A DNA stretch of 63,628 nt, counting the filler, from Olpidium bornovanus S191 (Eukaryota; Fungi; Olpidiomycota): NCBI GenBank assembly GCA_017911155.1. It is 32 parts of 32 records of this genome, joined end to end, with 100 filler letters (N's around TTAATTAATTAA, not from the genome) between each part and the next. Parts side by side here need not be neighbours in the genome. Positions count along the whole stretch, not along the records: positions 59,784 to 62,183 come from JAEFCI010006394.1; positions 62,284 to 63,628 come from JAEFCI010000035.1; 30 more parts are not named here. The stretch is one strand, 5' to 3'. The notes under the pieces were generated by a model. It saw only the letters and a program-made list of their open reading frames with translations. It did no database searches and was not told where the DNA came from. Made by a program: the position numbers and the translations under genes. Within the stretch, counting starts at the first letter, position 1, and every line of letters begins with the position of its first letter. Shown here one piece after another: positions 60,644-63,628 of this stretch.

Positions 60644-61696
60644 TTACTTGGTCCGGCCGGACTTTAAAAAATTCAAGCCTTTCTTGAAGAACTGCGCGGC
60701 GCGAACTTTCCGCTCCGATCTGCTCGCGCCTTTCGCGTCCCCGCGAGAGGCAGGAGATACGCCGCGGAGCTCGTCGCCGGGCGGCGTTTCCGGCACGTCG
60801 TCAAAGAGGCCGCGCTTGCGCTTGGGTACTGACCAACCGCGGGATGGCGTTTTCCAAAAGCGGAGACTTCCCTTGGCCCAGCGGCTCCTTGACCCCACGA
60901 CGCTCGCTGCGCCGTCCGGAAGTGTGTTGTCGTGGTAATACGCCGCACCGGGACCATCGGGCCTGTATACGGCGTACACGGAGTCGCCCTTTCCCGCCGG
61001 CAAAGCGACGGGACTATCGTCTTCGTCCAGGTCCGGCATTTCGCAGTTGTTGAGGTACGGGAGGAGATCATACTCCCAAGGGCTGTCGTAATACACCAAC
61101 TGTTCGCTGAACCGTACCAACATGCCGTCACCATTCTGGTCTGCGGCAGCTCGTCGACCTTGTGGACGGTCATTCCTGCCGGCGGCCAACGAGGAGGGTA
61201 ACTTTGGCGCTTTCGACGGTTTCGCCAACGATTTCTGGCACGTTCCCGTAGCTGGCATCGACTTTTCCGGGGATCTGTCAGATGCGGCGGTGTCGTTTTC
61301 GACTACAGTGCTCGACAAGCAATCATCGCTCTCAGTCCTGACATCTCCTTCGGTTCCATAAAACGCGTCCTCTTCTCCCGCGCCGGGGACCGCATCCCAA
61401 GTGTCATTATTGGAAACGGCGCAAGTTGACGGCCGTGGACGCGCGACGGCGAAGGCAGAGGGAACTTCGGCACTCGACTGTGGAGCCCCCCGGGGTGACG
61501 CGAAGCCATCCGCGGTTCGCCGTGCAGGGTCCGCGGCTGGCGGCTCCAACTTTCTTGCGCGGACTTTCAGGGAAACCACTGTTGCAATGGGAGGCAGGGG
61601 CTTGTCCAGCGCGGCGGTTGCGGCTGCGCTTGGAGCCGCCGACTCAGCCGGTGCGTCCGGCGTCTGGGCCGGCATCGCTGTCGCGGCCGACGTCAT
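60644..61696 (-). CDS. Disordered protein (351 codons) with an RVxF-like PP1-docking segment
   Basis: Uninterrupted ORF from MTSAATAMPAQ; contains LVRFSEQLVYYDSPWEYD. Confidence 0.65.
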   Translation of the reverse strand: MTSAATAMPAQTPDAPAESAAPSAAATAALDKPLPPIATVVSLKVRARKLEPPAADPARRTADGFASPRGAPQSSAEVPSAFAVARPRPSTCAVSNNDTWDAVPGAGEEDAFYGTEGDVRTESDDCLSSTVVENDTAASDRSPEKSMPATGTCQKSLAKPSKAPKLPSSLAAGRNDRPQGRRAAADQNGDGMLVRFSEQLVYYDSPWEYDLLPYLNNCEMPDLDEDDSPVALPAGKGDSVYAVYRPDGPGAAYYHDNTLPDGAASVVGSRSRWAKGSLRFWKTPSRGWSVPKRKRGLFDDVPETPPGDELRGVSPASRGDAKGASRSERKVRAAQFFKKGLNFLKSGRTK

Positions 61697-62299
61697 TTGC
61701 TCAGAGAGAAAGTGAGAAAAAGAATGAGAGAGAGCGAAAGAGTGCGAAAGAGTGCGTGAGAGATAGAGAGCGCCGCCCCTGCTGTTTCGCTTTCCCTGTC
61801 GGCGTCCCCTCGCGTCCGTGGTGGGTCGGATGCCGCCGGGTTGACTCGGTTCGGTCCGCCAGGTGCTGCCGGCTGCTACGCGGCGGAGTGTGTGAGAAAA
61901 TTTTTTTCTTTCTCCCGCGGCACGTCGGCTCGTGACGTCACGTGGCTCAGGACCGCTTTTTGCCCGACAGATCACGCTGTTTGGCTTGACATGAATTTAT
62001 AGCAATTGAAGCCTGCCAACTTATTAGTCCATGTGAACTCTGCCCAAATTTCCTCCCGCAGTCATGATCAAGCAGAGAAGTTCGACTGGTACACGAAGTC
62101 AGGTGCTGTTGTGCACGGCATCTTTCTGGATGGGCAATAGGCCTGTTACAATGCTCTCTATCATTCACGAGTTCGATGGCAACNNNNNNNNNNNNNNNNN
62201 NNNNNNNNNNNNNNNNNNNNNNNNNNNTTAATTAATTAANNNNNNNNNNNNNNNNNNNNNNNNNNNNNNNNNNNNNNNNNNNNGGGGGGGGGGGGTGCG

Positions 62300-62330
<31 letters not shown>

Positions 62331-62658
62331 TCGTTCCCGAAATTTTTGGAGGGCGGGGCGGGAGAAGAAAATTTTTTTGGGGGGGAACCATACGCGTCTC
62401 GAGTCACAACGCGTAATCCTTCTTCTTCCGCAGCCTCACGTTCAGCCCAATCTTTTATCGATAGTCGCCTTGAGCTTTTCGCTTCACAACAGCCGCCCCC
62501 CCGGGACTGACGAGCTTGTTTCAGCAGTCACGGTGTATCACATGGCCGACAGTTTTTTTTGTTCAACGAGTCGGATTTGGTTCCACCAACGCCAATCGCC
62601 CCTCGCCGTTACCACACAGTTTCAGTTTCCCTCGCGTCCACCCGTCCACCCAGCCACG

Positions 62659-63628
62659 ATGTCGTCCTCTGCGTCCGCTGCTCCTGTGCCCGCCCCGGTC
62701 CCGTTCGCCGGGAGACGTCTCGACGCCAACACCCCTCGGATCTACACGGCCTTCTGGGCGCACAGGTTGCGCGATTCCCACAGCTTGCTTGCTGCCGCGG
62801 CTGCGTGCGTCGCCGATCGCCCAACACCGGAACGTCAATGCATTTTACGTGGACGCATGATTCGCTTTATCCATTACGCGTGGAGGTTTTGCGCCGTCCA
62901 CGAGGACGGAAGCACCAAAGCATGCATTGCCCTTTCCCAGTTAGTCCTGATCTTTCCTTCGTAATGCAACCCTACTTTCCCTACTTTGGCAAATAACCTC
63001 GCGTTCGATTCCTTGCAGACTTCGCCGTTCCATGATCGAGGCGTTCCTTCAGGTCATGAATTGGCCAGGCACCTTTTGGCTGCCCGCGGATCCCCGCAAC
63101 CTGGAGTTCCTGTTCCTGCCGTCAGACACGCAATACTGTGGTCCTGGTGGCCCTGAGAATCGCGACTATGATCCGCGTCCCGCCCCCGTCGCCGATGACA
63201 GTTATATTCAAGTCCGCGTTCTCATGTGCCCGGTTTCCCCGCCACAACCAGACGCCGAACTCCCCGACGATGCTCCAGCAGCCATCTCTCCCCGCGCTCA
63301 GAATTCCTGGTTTCCTGAGCTCCGCCAAAGTGCCGAGTCCTATAATTTCCTCCGCTGGCTCGCTGTCGCACGGGAGGATCCTCCTATTGATATGTCCAGG
63401 GTTGATCAGGGTCAAACCCGTTCACGAAACTTCCTCTTCTCAGATGTTTGGCGGGACGTTTCGCGCGACGACGACGACAATCCTGAGGGAGGTGGCGGAA
63501 CCGAGAGTGCCCCTTCTCCTATGGACCGCGTCACACGGTCACAGACTCGCACCAGTCACGCCCCCGCATCTGCAACCAGAAGTGCCGTCGTTCCGCTAGC
63601 TTCCGGTTCCTCCTCCGCCTCCTCAACA
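62659..63628 (+). CDS. Orphan ORF(s), possibly one frameshifted or spliced gene or a transposon ORF1; runs off the window
   Basis: MSSSASAAPV...LVLIFPS* (62659-62964), then an open frame MIEAFLQVMNWPGTFWLP... from about 63033 to the end. Confidence 0.35.

Overview
This is not one contiguous locus. It is 32 short contigs (about 1-3.5 kb each) joined by 31 artificial 100-nt spacers (44 N + TTAATTAATTAA six-frame stop + 44 N), so adjacency across a spacer carries no information. The DNA is GC-rich eukaryotic, with short GT-AG introns. The gene set (OLE1, VMA4, ARO2, SEC5, TFB3, LTN1, CreC, P5B-ATPase, ATP16, ICMT, TTI2, DNAJC3, KDM3-like, Flightless-I-like, CotH, subtilase, GCK-III kinase) points to an early-diverging fungus. 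An Olpidium-like zoosporic parasite is my guess, and it is inference only. Most genes are truncated at contig edges. There are three tRNA genes (2x Cys-GCA, Pro-CGG) and many transposon relics: Ty1/copia LTRs with PBS or PPT, a DIRS-type reverse transcriptase, and hAT-like ends. Best leads: (1) a 706-bp solo LTR with a perfect 5-bp target duplication inserted in frame, without stops, inside a DIRS reverse transcriptase; (2) a Flightless-I homolog that appears to have a coiled coil in place of the LRR domain; (3) a Mucorales-invasin-type CotH; (4) 29 of 62 internal contig ends falling on CATG; (5) a diverged repeat pair in an unusually long VMA4 intron. I found no convincing multi-gene novel system, and the fragmented assembly prevents testing for one.
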